Shown: piece by piece, positions 1 to 13,964 of the stretch
How positions within the stretch are numbered: position 1 is the stretch's first letter
How the letters are laid out: each line of letters starts with the position of its first letter
Origin: Shigella phage KNP5
Sequence record: KX452698
Direction: 5' to 3' (one strand)
Length of the DNA: 64,000 bases
Position numbers and translations under genes: made by a program
Notes under the pieces: generated by a model
Seen by the model: the letters and a program-made list of their open reading frames with translations, nothing else
Database searches by the model: none
What the model was told of the DNA's origin: nothing

Positions 1-2963
<2,963 letters not shown>

Positions 2964-2991
2964 TATTAAAGCATATTAAAGAGGATTAAAA

Positions 2992-4971
2992 ATGACTTTA
3001 TTATCTCCGGGCATTGAGCTCAAAGAAACTACGGTTCAAAGCACCGTGGTTAATAACTCTACTGGTACAGCAGCTTTGGCCGGTAAATTCCAGTGGGGTC
3101 CTGCTTTTCAAATTAAACAGGTTACAAATGAAGTAGATTTAGTTAATACTTTTGGTCAACCTACAGCTGAAACTGCTGACTATTTTATGTCTGCAATGAA
3201 TTTCTTACAATACGGAAATGATTTGCGAGTTGTGCGTGCTGTCGATAGAGATACCGCTAAAAACTCATCTCCGATTGCCGGTAATATTGAATACACTATT
3301 TCTACCCCAGGTAGTAACTACGCGATTGGAGATAAAATCACGGTTAAGTATGTTTCAGAAGATGTTGAAACAGAATGTAAAGTTACCGAAGTAGATGCTG
3401 ATGGAAAAATTAAGAAAATTAATATTCCTACCGCAAAAATTATCGCTAAAGCGAAAGAAGTAGGCGAATATCCAGCATTAGGTTCTAACTGGACCGCGGA
3501 AATTTCTTCGTCTTCCTCTGGTTTAGCTGCAGTAATAACTCTTGGAAAAATTATTACTGATTCTGGTATTTTATTAGCTGAAATTGAAAATGCTGAAGCT
3601 GCTATGACAGCTGTTGACTTTCAAGCAAATCTCGAAAAATATGGAATTCCAGGAGTAGTAGCTCTTTATCCAGGCGAGTTGGGCGATAAAATCGAAATTG
3701 AAATCGTATCTAAAGCTGATTACGCAAAAGGTGCTTCTGCATTACTTCCAATTTATCCAGGTGGCGGAACACGCGCATCTACTGCCAAAGCAGTGTTTGG
3801 ATATGGACCACAAACTGATTCACAATACGCTATCATAGTTCGTCGCAATGATGCTATTGTTCAAAGCGTTGTTCTTTCGACAAAGCGAGGTGAAAAAGAT
3901 ATTTACGATAGTAACATCTATATTGACGACTTTTTCGCAAAAGGTGGTTCAGAATATATTTTCGCAACTGCACAAAACTGGCCAGAAGGCTTCTCTGGAA
4001 TTTTAACTCTGTCTGGTGGATTATCATCAAATGCTGAAGTAACAGCAGGAGATTTGATGGAAGCTTGGGACTTCTTTGCTGACCGTGAATCTGTTGATGT
4101 TCAGTTGTTTATTGCGGGTTCTTGTGCCGGTGAATCTTTAGAAACAGCATCTACTGTCCAAAAACACGTCGTTTCAATTGGGGATGCTCGCCAAGATTGC
4201 TTAGTACTGTGCTCGCCACCGCGTGAAACTGTAGTTGGAATTCCTGTAACTCGTGCTGTTGATAACTTAGTCAATTGGAGAACTGCAGCAGGTTCATACA
4301 CTGATAATAACTTTAATATCAGTTCAACCTACGCAGCAATTGATGGTAACTACAAGTATCAGTATGACAAATATAATGATGTAAATCGTTGGGTTCCATT
4401 AGCAGCTGATATTGCTGGTTTATGCGCGAGAACCGATAACGTTTCTCAGACTTGGATGTCTCCAGCTGGTTATAATCGCGGCCAGATTTTGAACGTTATT
4501 AAACTTGCTATTGAAACTCGCCAGGCGCAGCGCGACCGTTTATATCAAGAAGCTATCAACCCAGTAACTGGTACAGGTGGTGATGGTTACGTATTGTATG
4601 GTGATAAAACAGCTACTTCTGTTCCTTCTCCATTTGATCGTATTAACGTTCGTCGTCTGTTTAATATGTTGAAAACGAATATCGGACGTAGTTCAAAATA
4701 TCGTTTGTTCGAATTAAACAACGCGTTTACTCGTTCATCGTTCCGCACAGAAACTTCCCAGTACTTGCAGGGAATTAAAGCTCTCGGTGGAATTTATGAA
4801 TATCGTGTAGTTTGCGATACAACAAATAACACTCCGTCAGTAATTGATAGAAATGAGTTTGTTGCAACATTCTACATCCAACCGGCTAGAAGCATTAACT
4901 ACATTACCTTAAACTTCGTAGCAACTGCTACTGGCGCAGATTTCGATGAGTTAACTGGTCTTGCAGGTTAA
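2992..4971 (+). CDS. 18: contractile tail sheath protein gp18
   Basis: 659-aa ORF, T4 gp18 length; late promoter and SD upstream. Confidence 0.95.
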   Translation: MTLLSPGIELKETTVQSTVVNNSTGTAALAGKFQWGPAFQIKQVTNEVDLVNTFGQPTAETADYFMSAMNFLQYGNDLRVVRAVDRDTAKNSSPIAGNIEYTISTPGSNYAIGDKITVKYVSEDVETECKVTEVDADGKIKKINIPTAKIIAKAKEVGEYPALGSNWTAEISSSSSGLAAVITLGKIITDSGILLAEIENAEAAMTAVDFQANLEKYGIPGVVALYPGELGDKIEIEIVSKADYAKGASALLPIYPGGGTRASTAKAVFGYGPQTDSQYAIIVRRNDAIVQSVVLSTKRGEKDIYDSNIYIDDFFAKGGSEYIFATAQNWPEGFSGILTLSGGLSSNAEVTAGDLMEAWDFFADRESVDVQLFIAGSCAGESLETASTVQKHVVSIGDARQDCLVLCSPPRETVVGIPVTRAVDNLVNWRTAAGSYTDNNFNISSTYAAIDGNYKYQYDKYNDVNRWVPLAADIAGLCARTDNVSQTWMSPAGYNRGQILNVIKLAIETRQAQRDRLYQEAINPVTGTGGDGYVLYGDKTATSVPSPFDRINVRRLFNMLKTNIGRSSKYRLFELNNAFTRSSFRTETSQYLQGIKALGGIYEYRVVCDTTNNTPSVIDRNEFVATFYIQPARSINYITLNFVATATGADFDELTGLAG

Positions 4972-4987
4972 TACGGTGCATTCTAAA

Positions 4988-5005
4988 GGCCTGTTTCGGC
5001 AGGCC
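4988..5005 (+). other. stem-loop with UUCG tetraloop downstream of gene 18
   Basis: GGCCTGTTTCGGCAGGCC; no T-run, so more likely an RNA stability/processing element than a terminator. Confidence 0.5.
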
Positions 5006-5006
5006 A

Positions 5007-5014
5007 TATAAATA
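5007..5014 (+). promoter_or_regulatory. late promoter TATAAATA (gene 19, distal)
   Basis: exact TATAAATA. Confidence 0.6.
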
Positions 5015-5065
5015 CACTATATCCTTAATTCTTTAATTCTATATGCCCTAGGTTAAACATAGGGA

Positions 5066-5073
5066 TATAAATA
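5066..5073 (+). promoter_or_regulatory. late promoter TATAAATA (gene 19, proximal)
   Basis: exact TATAAATA 15 nt before ATG. Confidence 0.65.
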
Positions 5074-5087
5074 CTACAGAGGCTAAT

Positions 5088-5579
5088 ATGTTTGTAGATG
5101 ATGTAACACGAGCGTTTGAATCTGGTGATTTTGCTCGACCTAACTTATTCCAAGTAGAAATTTCTTATCTTGGACAAAATTTTACGTTTCAATGCAAAGC
5201 CACTGCTTTACCAGCTGGTATTGTAGAAAAAATTCCAGTCGGATTTATGAACCGTAAAATTAACGTAGCAGGCGATCGTACATTCGATGACTGGACTGTT
5301 ACAGTAATGAACGATGAGGCACATGATGCTCGCCAGAAGTTTGTTGATTGGCAAAGCATTGCTGCTGGGCAAGGGAACGAAATTACTGGTGGAAAACCAG
5401 CAGAGTATAAAAAGAGCGCTGTTGTTCGCCAATACGCTCGTGATGCTAAAACTGTAACAAAAGAAGTCGAAATTAAAGGCCTGTGGCCTACTAACGTGGG
5501 TGAACTTCAATTAGATTGGGATTCAAACAATGAAATCCAAACCTTTGAAGTAACTCTTGCTCTCGATTATTGGGAATAA
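5088..5579 (+). CDS. 19: tail tube protein gp19
   Basis: 163-aa ORF, T4 gp19 length; two late promoters upstream. Confidence 0.95.
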   Translation: MFVDDVTRAFESGDFARPNLFQVEISYLGQNFTFQCKATALPAGIVEKIPVGFMNRKINVAGDRTFDDWTVTVMNDEAHDARQKFVDWQSIAAGQGNEITGGKPAEYKKSAVVRQYARDAKTVTKEVEIKGLWPTNVGELQLDWDSNNEIQTFEVTLALDYWE

Positions 5580-5611
5580 AATGAATGGGGAGAAATCCCC
5601 ATCCTGCTTAA

Positions 5612-7236
<1,625 letters not shown>

Positions 7237-7237
<1 letters not shown>

Positions 7238-7497
7238 TGGAAGGTTTAATTGAAGCTATTAAATCAAACGACCTCGTAGCCGCTCGTAAATTCTTTGCTG
7301 AAGCCATGGCTGCAAGAACGATTGATTTAATTAAAGAAGAAAAAATCGCTATCGCTCGTAATTTCTTAATCGAAGGTGAAGAACCTGATGATGATGAGGA
7401 TGATGACGAAGACGAGGATGATGAAGATAGCGATGATAAAGACGACAAAAAAGACAAAGACTCTGACGAAGATGACGAAGACGAGGATGATGAATAA
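7237..7497 (+). CDS. 67: prohead core protein gp67 (acidic C-terminal tract)
   Basis: 86-aa ORF, D/E-rich tail; TAATG overlap with gp20 stop. Confidence 0.85.
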
Positions 7498-7922
7498 TGC
7501 TTCTGATCCCTGAAACTCATGAATTAGTTCTCGAGAATGTCGAAGCACTTATTCCTGAAGCACAGGGTCGCTTTGACGAATTGTCTTCTGCTTTAAATAA
7601 AGACGATATAAATACAATTGTCGAGAATATGCTTGATGATGAAACTGATTTAGCGATTGCATTAGCTTCTATTAATGAAGATATGCCGCTAAATGAATTC
7701 ATCGTTAAACATGTTTCTGCTCGTGGTGAAATTACACGTACCAAAGACCGTAAAACGCGTGAACGTAATGCATTTCAAACCACCGGGCTGTCTAAAGCAA
7801 AACGTAGACAAATTGCTCGCAAAGCTACCAAAACGAAGATTGCCAATCCAGCAGGTCAATCTCGTGCTCAGCGTAAGCGTAAAAAAGCTCTTAAACGCCG
7901 TAAAGCATTAGGATTAAGCTAA
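7497..7922 (+). CDS. 68: prohead core protein gp68
   Basis: 141-aa ORF; TAATG coupling to gp67. Confidence 0.85.
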   Translation: MLLIPETHELVLENVEALIPEAQGRFDELSSALNKDDINTIVENMLDDETDLAIALASINEDMPLNEFIVKHVSARGEITRTKDRKTRERNAFQTTGLSKAKRRQIARKATKTKIANPAGQSRAQRKRKKALKRRKALGLS

Positions 7923-8560
7923 TGAATGAACCCCAATTACTAATTGAAACTTGGGGTCAACCTGGCGAAATTATTGATGGCGTGCCAATGCTTGAATCTC
8001 ATGATGGGAAAGACCTCGGTTTAAAACCTGGTTTATACATCGAAGGAATATTCATGCAAGCGGAAGTCGTCAATAGAAATAAACGTCTTTATCCAAAACG
8101 CATATTAGAAAAAGCGGTAAAAGACTATATCAATGAGCAAGTTTTAACTAAACAAGCTCTCGGAGAATTAAATCATCCTCCACGCGCTAATGTTGACCCG
8201 ATGCAAGCCGCTATCATTATAGAAGATATGTGGTGGAAAGGAAATGACGTATACGGACGAGCTCGTGTTATTGAAGGTGACCATGGTCCTGGAGATAAAT
8301 TAGCAGCTAATATTCGTGCCGGATGGATTCCAGGAGTTTCTTCTCGTGGATTAGGTTCATTGACTGACACAAATAAAGGTTATCGTATCGTAAACGAAGG
8401 ATTCAAATTAACTGTAGGTGTTGATGCAGTATGGGGTCCAAGTGCTCCAGATGCATGGGTAACTCCTAAGGAAATTACCGAATCACAGACGGCGGAAGCC
8501 GATACAAGTGCCGATGACGCCTATATGGCTCTCGCAGAGGCCATGAAAAAAGCGTTATAA
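7922..8560 (+). CDS. 21: prohead core scaffold protease gp21
   Basis: 212-aa ORF, T4 gp21 length; TAATG coupling. Confidence 0.92.
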   Translation: MNEPQLLIETWGQPGEIIDGVPMLESHDGKDLGLKPGLYIEGIFMQAEVVNRNKRLYPKRILEKAVKDYINEQVLTKQALGELNHPPRANVDPMQAAIIIEDMWWKGNDVYGRARVIEGDHGPGDKLAANIRAGWIPGVSSRGLGSLTDTNKGYRIVNEGFKLTVGVDAVWGPSAPDAWVTPKEITESQTAEADTSADDAYMALAEAMKKAL

Positions 8561-8563
8561 ATA
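8556..8563 (+). promoter_or_regulatory. late promoter TATAAATA (gene 22)
   Basis: exact TATAAATA overlapping gp21 stop. Confidence 0.65.
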
Positions 8564-8590
8564 TTATTATCTAAACAACAGGACTACAAA

Positions 8591-9400
8591 ATGCTTAAAG
8601 AACAACTGATTGCTGAAGCGCAAAAAATTGATGCTTCCGTTGCTCTTGATAGTATTTTCGAATCAGTTAATATTTCTCCGGAAGCAAAAGAAACTTTCGG
8701 CACTGTATTCGAAGCTACCGTCAAGCAGCACGCCGTTAAATTAGCTGAATCTCATATCGCTAAAATTGCTGAAAAAGCAGAAGAAGAAGTAGAAAAAAAT
8801 AAAGAAGAAGCCGAAGAAAAAGCTGAGAAGAAAATTGCTGAGCAAGCTTCTAAATTCATCGACCATCTTGCAAAAGAATGGCTCGCTGAAAATAAATTAG
8901 CAGTTGATAAAGGCATCAAAGCCGAACTGTTTGAATCCATGCTTGGTGGATTAAAAGAGCTCTTTGTTGAACACAACGTTGTTGTTCCAGAAGAATCAGT
9001 TGATGTTGTAGCTGAAATGGAAGAAGAGCTGCAAGAACATAAAGAAGAATCAGCTCGTCTGTTCGAAGAACTCAATATGCGCGACGCATATATCAATTAT
9101 GTGCAGCGTGAAGTGGCATTGAGCGAAAGTACTAAAGATCTGACTGAGTCTCAAAAAGAAAAAGTCTCTGCTCTGGTCGAAGGTATGGATTATTCAGATG
9201 CATTCTCAAGTAAATTGAGTGCCATCGTAGAAATGGTGAAGAAATCTAATAAAGATGAAAGCACTATTACTGAGGGTATAAATACTCCTGATACTGAAGC
9301 AGCCGGACTGAATTTCGTCACTGAAGCTGTAGAAGATAAAGCTGCACCTGGTGCAGAAGATATTGTAAGTGTATATGCGAAAGTCGCATCTCGTTTCTAA
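8591..9400 (+). CDS. 22: prohead scaffolding core protein gp22
   Basis: 269-aa ORF, acidic coiled-coil-like; T4 gp22 length. Confidence 0.92.
   Translation: MLKEQLIAEAQKIDASVALDSIFESVNISPEAKETFGTVFEATVKQHAVKLAESHIAKIAEKAEEEVEKNKEEAEEKAEKKIAEQASKFIDHLAKEWLAENKLAVDKGIKAELFESMLGGLKELFVEHNVVVPEESVDVVAEMEEELQEHKEESARLFEELNMRDAYINYVQREVALSESTKDLTESQKEKVSALVEGMDYSDAFSSKLSAIVEMVKKSNKDESTITEGINTPDTEAAGLNFVTEAVEDKAAPGAEDIVSVYAKVASRF
9277..9284 (+). promoter_or_regulatory. late promoter TATAAATA inside gene 22 (gene 23)
   Basis: exact TATAAATA 135 nt upstream of gp23 ATG. Confidence 0.55.
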
Positions 9401-9418
9401 TTTTAAAGGTTAACACAA

Positions 9419-10984
9419 ATGACTATCAAAACTAAAGCTGAACTTTTGAACAAATGGAAGCCATTACTGGAAGGTGAAGGTTTACCGGAAATTGCTAATA
9501 GCAAACAAGCGATTATCGCTAAAATCTTTGAAAACCAGGAAAAAGATTTCCAGACAGCTCCAGAGTACAAAGACGAAAAAATCGCTCAGGCGTTCGGTTC
9601 TTTCTTAACAGAAGCTGAAATCGGTGGTGACCACGGTTACAACGCTACTAACATCGCTGCTGGTCAGACTTCTGGCGCAGTAACTCAGATTGGCCCAGCT
9701 GTTATGGGTATGGTACGTCGTGCTATTCCTAACCTGATTGCTTTCGATATTTGCGGTGTTCAGCCGATGAACAGCCCGACCGGTCAGGTATTCGCACTGC
9801 GTGCAGTATATGGTAAAGACCCAATCGCTGCTGATGCTAAAGAAGCATTCCACCCAATGTATGGTCCAGATGCAATGTTCTCTGGTCAGGGTGCTGCTAA
9901 GAAATTCACTGCTTTAACTGCTGGCGCTACTACTGTCAAAGGTGACATCTATACTTATTTCTTCCAGGAAACTGGTACTGTATATCTGCAAGCTTCCTCT
10001 GTAGTAACAATTAGTTCAAGTGCTGATGATGCAGCTAAATTAGATGCTGAAATTAAGAAACAAATGGAAGCTGGTGCACTGGTAGAAATCGCTGAAGGTA
10101 TGGCTACTTCTATCGCTGAACTTCAGGAAGGTTTCAACGGTTCGACCGATAACCCATGGAATGAAATGGGCTTCCGTATCGATAAACAAGTTATCGAAGC
10201 TAAATCTCGTCAGCTGAAAGCTGCTTACTCTATCGAATTAGCACAAGACCTCCGCGCTGTTCACGGTATGGATGCTGATGCTGAACTGTCTGGTATTCTG
10301 GCTACCGAAATCATGCTGGAAATCAACCGTGAAGTTGTTGATTGGATTAACTACTCAGCTCAGGTTGGTAAATCTGGTATGACCCTGACTCCGGGTTCTA
10401 AAGCTGGTGTGTTTGACTTCCAGGATCCGATTGATATTCGTGGCGCTCGCTGGGCTGGTGAATCCTTTAAAGCTCTGTTGTTCCAGATTGACAAAGAAGC
10501 AGTTGAAATTGCTCGTCAGACCGGTCGTGGTGAAGGTAACTTCATTATCGCTTCCCGTAACGTAGTTAACGTTCTGGCTTCAGTTGATACTGGCATTTCT
10601 TATGCTGCACAGGGTCTGGCTACCGGCTTTAACACTGATACTACCAAGTCAGTATTTGCTGGTGTTCTGGGTGGTAAATACCGTGTATATATCGACCAGT
10701 ATGCTAAACAGGATTATTTCACTGTAGGTTATAAAGGTCCGAACGAAATGGATGCTGGTATTTACTACGCTCCATATGTAGCTCTGACTCCGCTGCGTGG
10801 TTCCGATCCGAAGAACTTCCAACCAGTAATGGGATTCAAAACTCGTTACGGTATCGGTATCAACCCATTTGCAGAATCCGCTGCTCAGGCTCCGGCTTCT
10901 CGCATCCAGAGCGGTATGCCTTCTATTCTGAATAGCCTTGGTAAAAACGCTTACTTCCGCCGTGTATATGTTAAAGGTATCTAA
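9419..10984 (+). CDS. 23: major capsid protein gp23
   Basis: 521-aa ORF; sequence recognisably T4 gp23-like; higher GC/codon bias than neighbours. Confidence 0.97.
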   Translation: MTIKTKAELLNKWKPLLEGEGLPEIANSKQAIIAKIFENQEKDFQTAPEYKDEKIAQAFGSFLTEAEIGGDHGYNATNIAAGQTSGAVTQIGPAVMGMVRRAIPNLIAFDICGVQPMNSPTGQVFALRAVYGKDPIAADAKEAFHPMYGPDAMFSGQGAAKKFTALTAGATTVKGDIYTYFFQETGTVYLQASSVVTISSSADDAAKLDAEIKKQMEAGALVEIAEGMATSIAELQEGFNGSTDNPWNEMGFRIDKQVIEAKSRQLKAAYSIELAQDLRAVHGMDADAELSGILATEIMLEINREVVDWINYSAQVGKSGMTLTPGSKAGVFDFQDPIDIRGARWAGESFKALLFQIDKEAVEIARQTGRGEGNFIIASRNVVNVLASVDTGISYAAQGLATGFNTDTTKSVFAGVLGGKYRVYIDQYAKQDYFTVGYKGPNEMDAGIYYAPYVALTPLRGSDPKNFQPVMGFKTRYGIGINPFAESAAQAPASRIQSGMPSILNSLGKNAYFRRVYVKGI

Positions 10985-10997
10985 TCTTTGACGATTT

Positions 10998-11030
10998 AAG
11001 GGACCTTCGGGTCCCTTTAGTTGTTTTTAT
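10998..11030 (+). terminator. rho-independent terminator after gene 23
   Basis: AAGGGACC-TTCG-GGTCCCTT hairpin followed by TAGTTGTTTTTAT. Confidence 0.7.
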
Positions 11031-11032
11031 GG

Positions 11033-11040
11033 TATAAATA
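11033..11040 (+). promoter_or_regulatory. late promoter TATAAATA (gene 24)
   Basis: exact TATAAATA after the gp23 terminator hairpin. Confidence 0.7.
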
Positions 11041-11067
11041 AATCATATAAACCAAAAGGAAAGCGCA

Positions 11068-12351
11068 ATGGCTAAAATCAACGAACTTCTGCGCGAATCA
11101 ACCACAACGAATAGCAACTCAATCGGTCGCCCAAATCTCGTTGCTTTGACTCGCGCTACCACTAAATTAATATATTCTGACATTGTAGCAACGCAAAGAA
11201 CTAATCAACCTGTTGCTGCTTTTTACGGTATTAAATACCTTAACCCAGATAACGAATTTACATTTAAAACTGGTGCTACTTACGCTGGCGAAGCTGGGTA
11301 TGTAGACCGAGAACAAATCACAGAATTAACAGAAGAGTCTAAATTAACTCTCAATAAAGGCGATTTATTCAAATATAATAATATCGTTTATAAAGTATTA
11401 GAAGATACACCATTTGCTGATATTGAAGAAAGCGATTTAGAATTAGCTCTTCAGATTGCAATCGTTCTTTTAAAGGTTCGTCTATTTTCTGATGCTGCAT
11501 TAACAAGCAAATTTGAAAGCTCTGATAGCGAAATTGCGGATGCTAGATTCCAGATTAATAAATGGCAAACCGCAGTTAAATCTCGTAAACTTAAAACTGG
11601 CATCACAGTTGAATTAGCACAAGATTTAGAAGCAAATGGATTCGATGCTCCTAATTTCTTGGAAGATTTGCTTGCAACTGAAATGGCGGATGAAATCAAT
11701 AAAGATATTCTACAGTCTTTGATTACAGTATCAAAACGCTATAAAGTTACAGGAATTACTGATACTGGATTCATTGATTTGAGTTATGCATCTGCACCTG
11801 AAGCAGGTCGTTCATTATACCGAATGGTATGTGAAATGGTTTCGCATATCCAAAAAGAATCAACTTACACAGCAACGTTCTGTGTTGCTTCAGCTCGTGC
11901 CGCTGCGATTCTTGCTGCATCAGGTTGGTTAAAACATAAACCAGAAGATGACAAATATCTTTCACAAAATGCCTACGGGTTCTTAGCTAATGGTTTACCG
12001 CTTTATTGCGATACCAACAGCCCATTAGATTATGTAATCGTTGGTGTAGTAGAAAATATCGGTGAAAAAGAAATTGTTGGGTCAATTTTCTATGCTCCGT
12101 ATACAGAAGGTCTTGACTTAGATGACCCTGAACATGTAGGTGCATTTAAAGTTGTAGTTGATCCAGAAAGTTTGCAGCCATCTATCGGTTTATTAGTTAG
12201 ATATGCTTTATCTGCAAATCCTTACACTGTAGCAAAAGATGAAAAAGAAGCAAGAATAATTGATGGTGGAGACATGGATAAAATGGCGGGTCGTTCAGAT
12301 TTGTCTGTTTTATTAGGTGTTAAGCTACCAAAAATTATCATTGATGAATAA
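11068..12351 (+). CDS. 24: capsid vertex protein gp24
   Basis: 427-aa ORF, gp23 paralogue position; late promoter upstream. Confidence 0.95.
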   Translation: MAKINELLRESTTTNSNSIGRPNLVALTRATTKLIYSDIVATQRTNQPVAAFYGIKYLNPDNEFTFKTGATYAGEAGYVDREQITELTEESKLTLNKGDLFKYNNIVYKVLEDTPFADIEESDLELALQIAIVLLKVRLFSDAALTSKFESSDSEIADARFQINKWQTAVKSRKLKTGITVELAQDLEANGFDAPNFLEDLLATEMADEINKDILQSLITVSKRYKVTGITDTGFIDLSYASAPEAGRSLYRMVCEMVSHIQKESTYTATFCVASARAAAILAASGWLKHKPEDDKYLSQNAYGFLANGLPLYCDTNSPLDYVIVGVVENIGEKEIVGSIFYAPYTEGLDLDDPEHVGAFKVVVDPESLQPSIGLLVRYALSANPYTVAKDEKEARIIDGGDMDKMAGRSDLSVLLGVKLPKIIIDE

Positions 12352-12354
12352 AAC

Positions 12355-12378
12355 AAAGGGACCTTTCGGTCCCTTTTT
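12355..12378. terminator. bidirectional terminator between gene 24 and rnlB
   Basis: AAA GGGACC TTTC GGTCCC TTTTT between convergent genes. Confidence 0.75.
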
Positions 12379-12380
12379 AT

Positions 12381-13385
12381 TTAACTTACCAATTCAATCC
12401 AAGCCGGACGAAGTACATCTTGTACCATTTTAACTAATTCCTTCTTAATCAAAGAAGGATTATCCGCTTGAGTTAGAGTAATACCTTCACGAGAAGTTTC
12501 TTCCAAAATATCTTGAACAGTTAGTCCCATCACCTTTCCAAAATCCTTTGGACCAATTTCGCCAATTTTAGAAATAACGTTATTTACTCGGTTCAGTGTA
12601 ACGTAACAAGCTAAAATTCCAACCAATTTGTTATCAGCTTCTGACAGTTCAACTTTAGCTTTAATAGGCTTATCAGACTTTTTCTTTTCACTGAATTTAG
12701 AGTTCTTGCATTTGATAGCTACGCGATTGCCATTAGGCATCCAAGAAGGATAACAAGGTTTCAATACATATCCTTCAGCGGTAAATACTTCGCCTTTTGC
12801 TTCAGCATTCCAAACGCATTTATTTGCATCAACTAATCCAGCATGGTCTACCGTAAAATTATAATCCTGGACTACAGAATCTAAATCATTTGGCAATTTA
12901 ATAAGCTCTTCAAATTTACCGCGACCTAAAAGTGGAGCCATTTTAAATTTAAATGTATTGCAGAATGATTCCATCATATAATCATCAACATAAGTCACAT
13001 CACCGCTTTCTGTAGTAACAATAATGTCAAATACATAAAAATCTTTATCACCATAATCGACATTCTTCTGAATGCCAGGTCCAGCGAATTCGCCGAAGAC
13101 TTGATAAGATACAACTGCCGAAGTTTCCATAATATCTTGTACTGCTTTAATGGAATCAGCGTAATTCTTTAAAATAATTTCATATCCAAAGAAATCTTCA
13201 GCGGGAAGAATCGGTCCAGTACGTTTAGCACAAGTTGCTTTATCACGCTCAATAATTAATGAGAAATTTGTGCCATGAATCTTTTCACGAGCTACCCATT
13301 CGCCACCAGTCAATCCTAAACTATAAAGTTTTTCAATGAATTTAGAATTGTAATGATTTTCAAGACTGCTATACTTTTTAAACAT
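12381..13385 (-). CDS. rnlB: RNA ligase 2 (Rnl2)
   Basis: 334-aa ORF; KIHG nucleotidyl-transferase motif; T4 24.1 position. Confidence 0.9.
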   Translation of the reverse strand: MFKKYSSLENHYNSKFIEKLYSLGLTGGEWVAREKIHGTNFSLIIERDKATCAKRTGPILPAEDFFGYEIILKNYADSIKAVQDIMETSAVVSYQVFGEFAGPGIQKNVDYGDKDFYVFDIIVTTESGDVTYVDDYMMESFCNTFKFKMAPLLGRGKFEELIKLPNDLDSVVQDYNFTVDHAGLVDANKCVWNAEAKGEVFTAEGYVLKPCYPSWMPNGNRVAIKCKNSKFSEKKKSDKPIKAKVELSEADNKLVGILACYVTLNRVNNVISKIGEIGPKDFGKVMGLTVQDILEETSREGITLTQADNPSLIKKELVKMVQDVLRPAWIELVS

Positions 13386-13394
13386 AATTAATCC

Positions 13395-13673
13395 TCAAAA
13401 TGTAATTTCTAACCAATCACCATCACGCTGATCACTATTGACTTTAAAGCTAAATCCTTCTTTTCTCAGCCAATCACCAATTTCTTCAGTAATCAATTTA
13501 TCGCGAGCAGTACAATAATAACTAAAATATGTTTTACCTTGTTCAGCTGCTTTATTAGCAAGTTCTGAAAAATCTTTAATAAAACACTCTAGCTTAAACT
13601 GTTTGCTTTTAAGTGCTTTTTCTCGTAATTGATTAGCAAAAGATTCATTTTCATAAAGATCATACTGTTCCAT
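13395..13673 (-). CDS. hypothetical protein (T4 24.2-like position)
   Basis: 92-aa ORF between rnlB and hoc; overlaps next ORF. Confidence 0.6.
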   Translation of the reverse strand: MEQYDLYENESFANQLREKALKSKQFKLECFIKDFSELANKAAEQGKTYFSYYCTARDKLITEEIGDWLRKEGFSFKVNSDQRDGDWLEITF

Positions 13674-13875
13674 TTTTCACCTTTTTATTAATATGTCTTT
13701 TTCTATAGACAACTTTTTCTCGAGTCTCAAATTTATTCTTAGCAGTCATAGCTCGAGCCCATAATACAGCCACTTCTTTTGCCTGTAAGTTCAATTCACG
13801 AGCAATTTCAATGAATGACTTTCCAGACTCATGGAGTGTAAACACCACAACCTCAGTTCTCATAATCAATCTCAT
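13660..13875 (-). CDS. small putative helix-turn-helix protein (T4 24.3-like position)
   Basis: 71-aa ORF; segment GKSFIEIARELNLQAKEVAVLWARAM resembles an HTH. Confidence 0.55.
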   Translation of the reverse strand: MRLIMRTEVVVFTLHESGKSFIEIARELNLQAKEVAVLWARAMTAKNKFETREKVVYRKRHINKKVKNGTV

Positions 13876-13941
13876 GTTATCGAGTTGGTGCCATTATATA
13901 CATCATTTTATGAGTGTGTTTTGTGTGCTTTCAAAATGAAG

Positions 13942-13960
13942 AAAGGGGCCGAAGCCCCTT
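13942..13960 (-). terminator. terminator hairpin after hoc
   Basis: GGGGC-CGAA-GCCCC; minus strand continues with a T-rich tract. Confidence 0.6.
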
Positions 13961-13964
13961 ATGA

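Noticed and set aside
5208-5510. Antisense ORFs inside established genes (for example 5208-5510, 6461-6763, 8752-9096, 17331-17684, 29547-30811, 51801-52280)
   Set aside because: They lie wholly within well-supported genes on the opposite strand with no start context; typical of AT-rich genomes.
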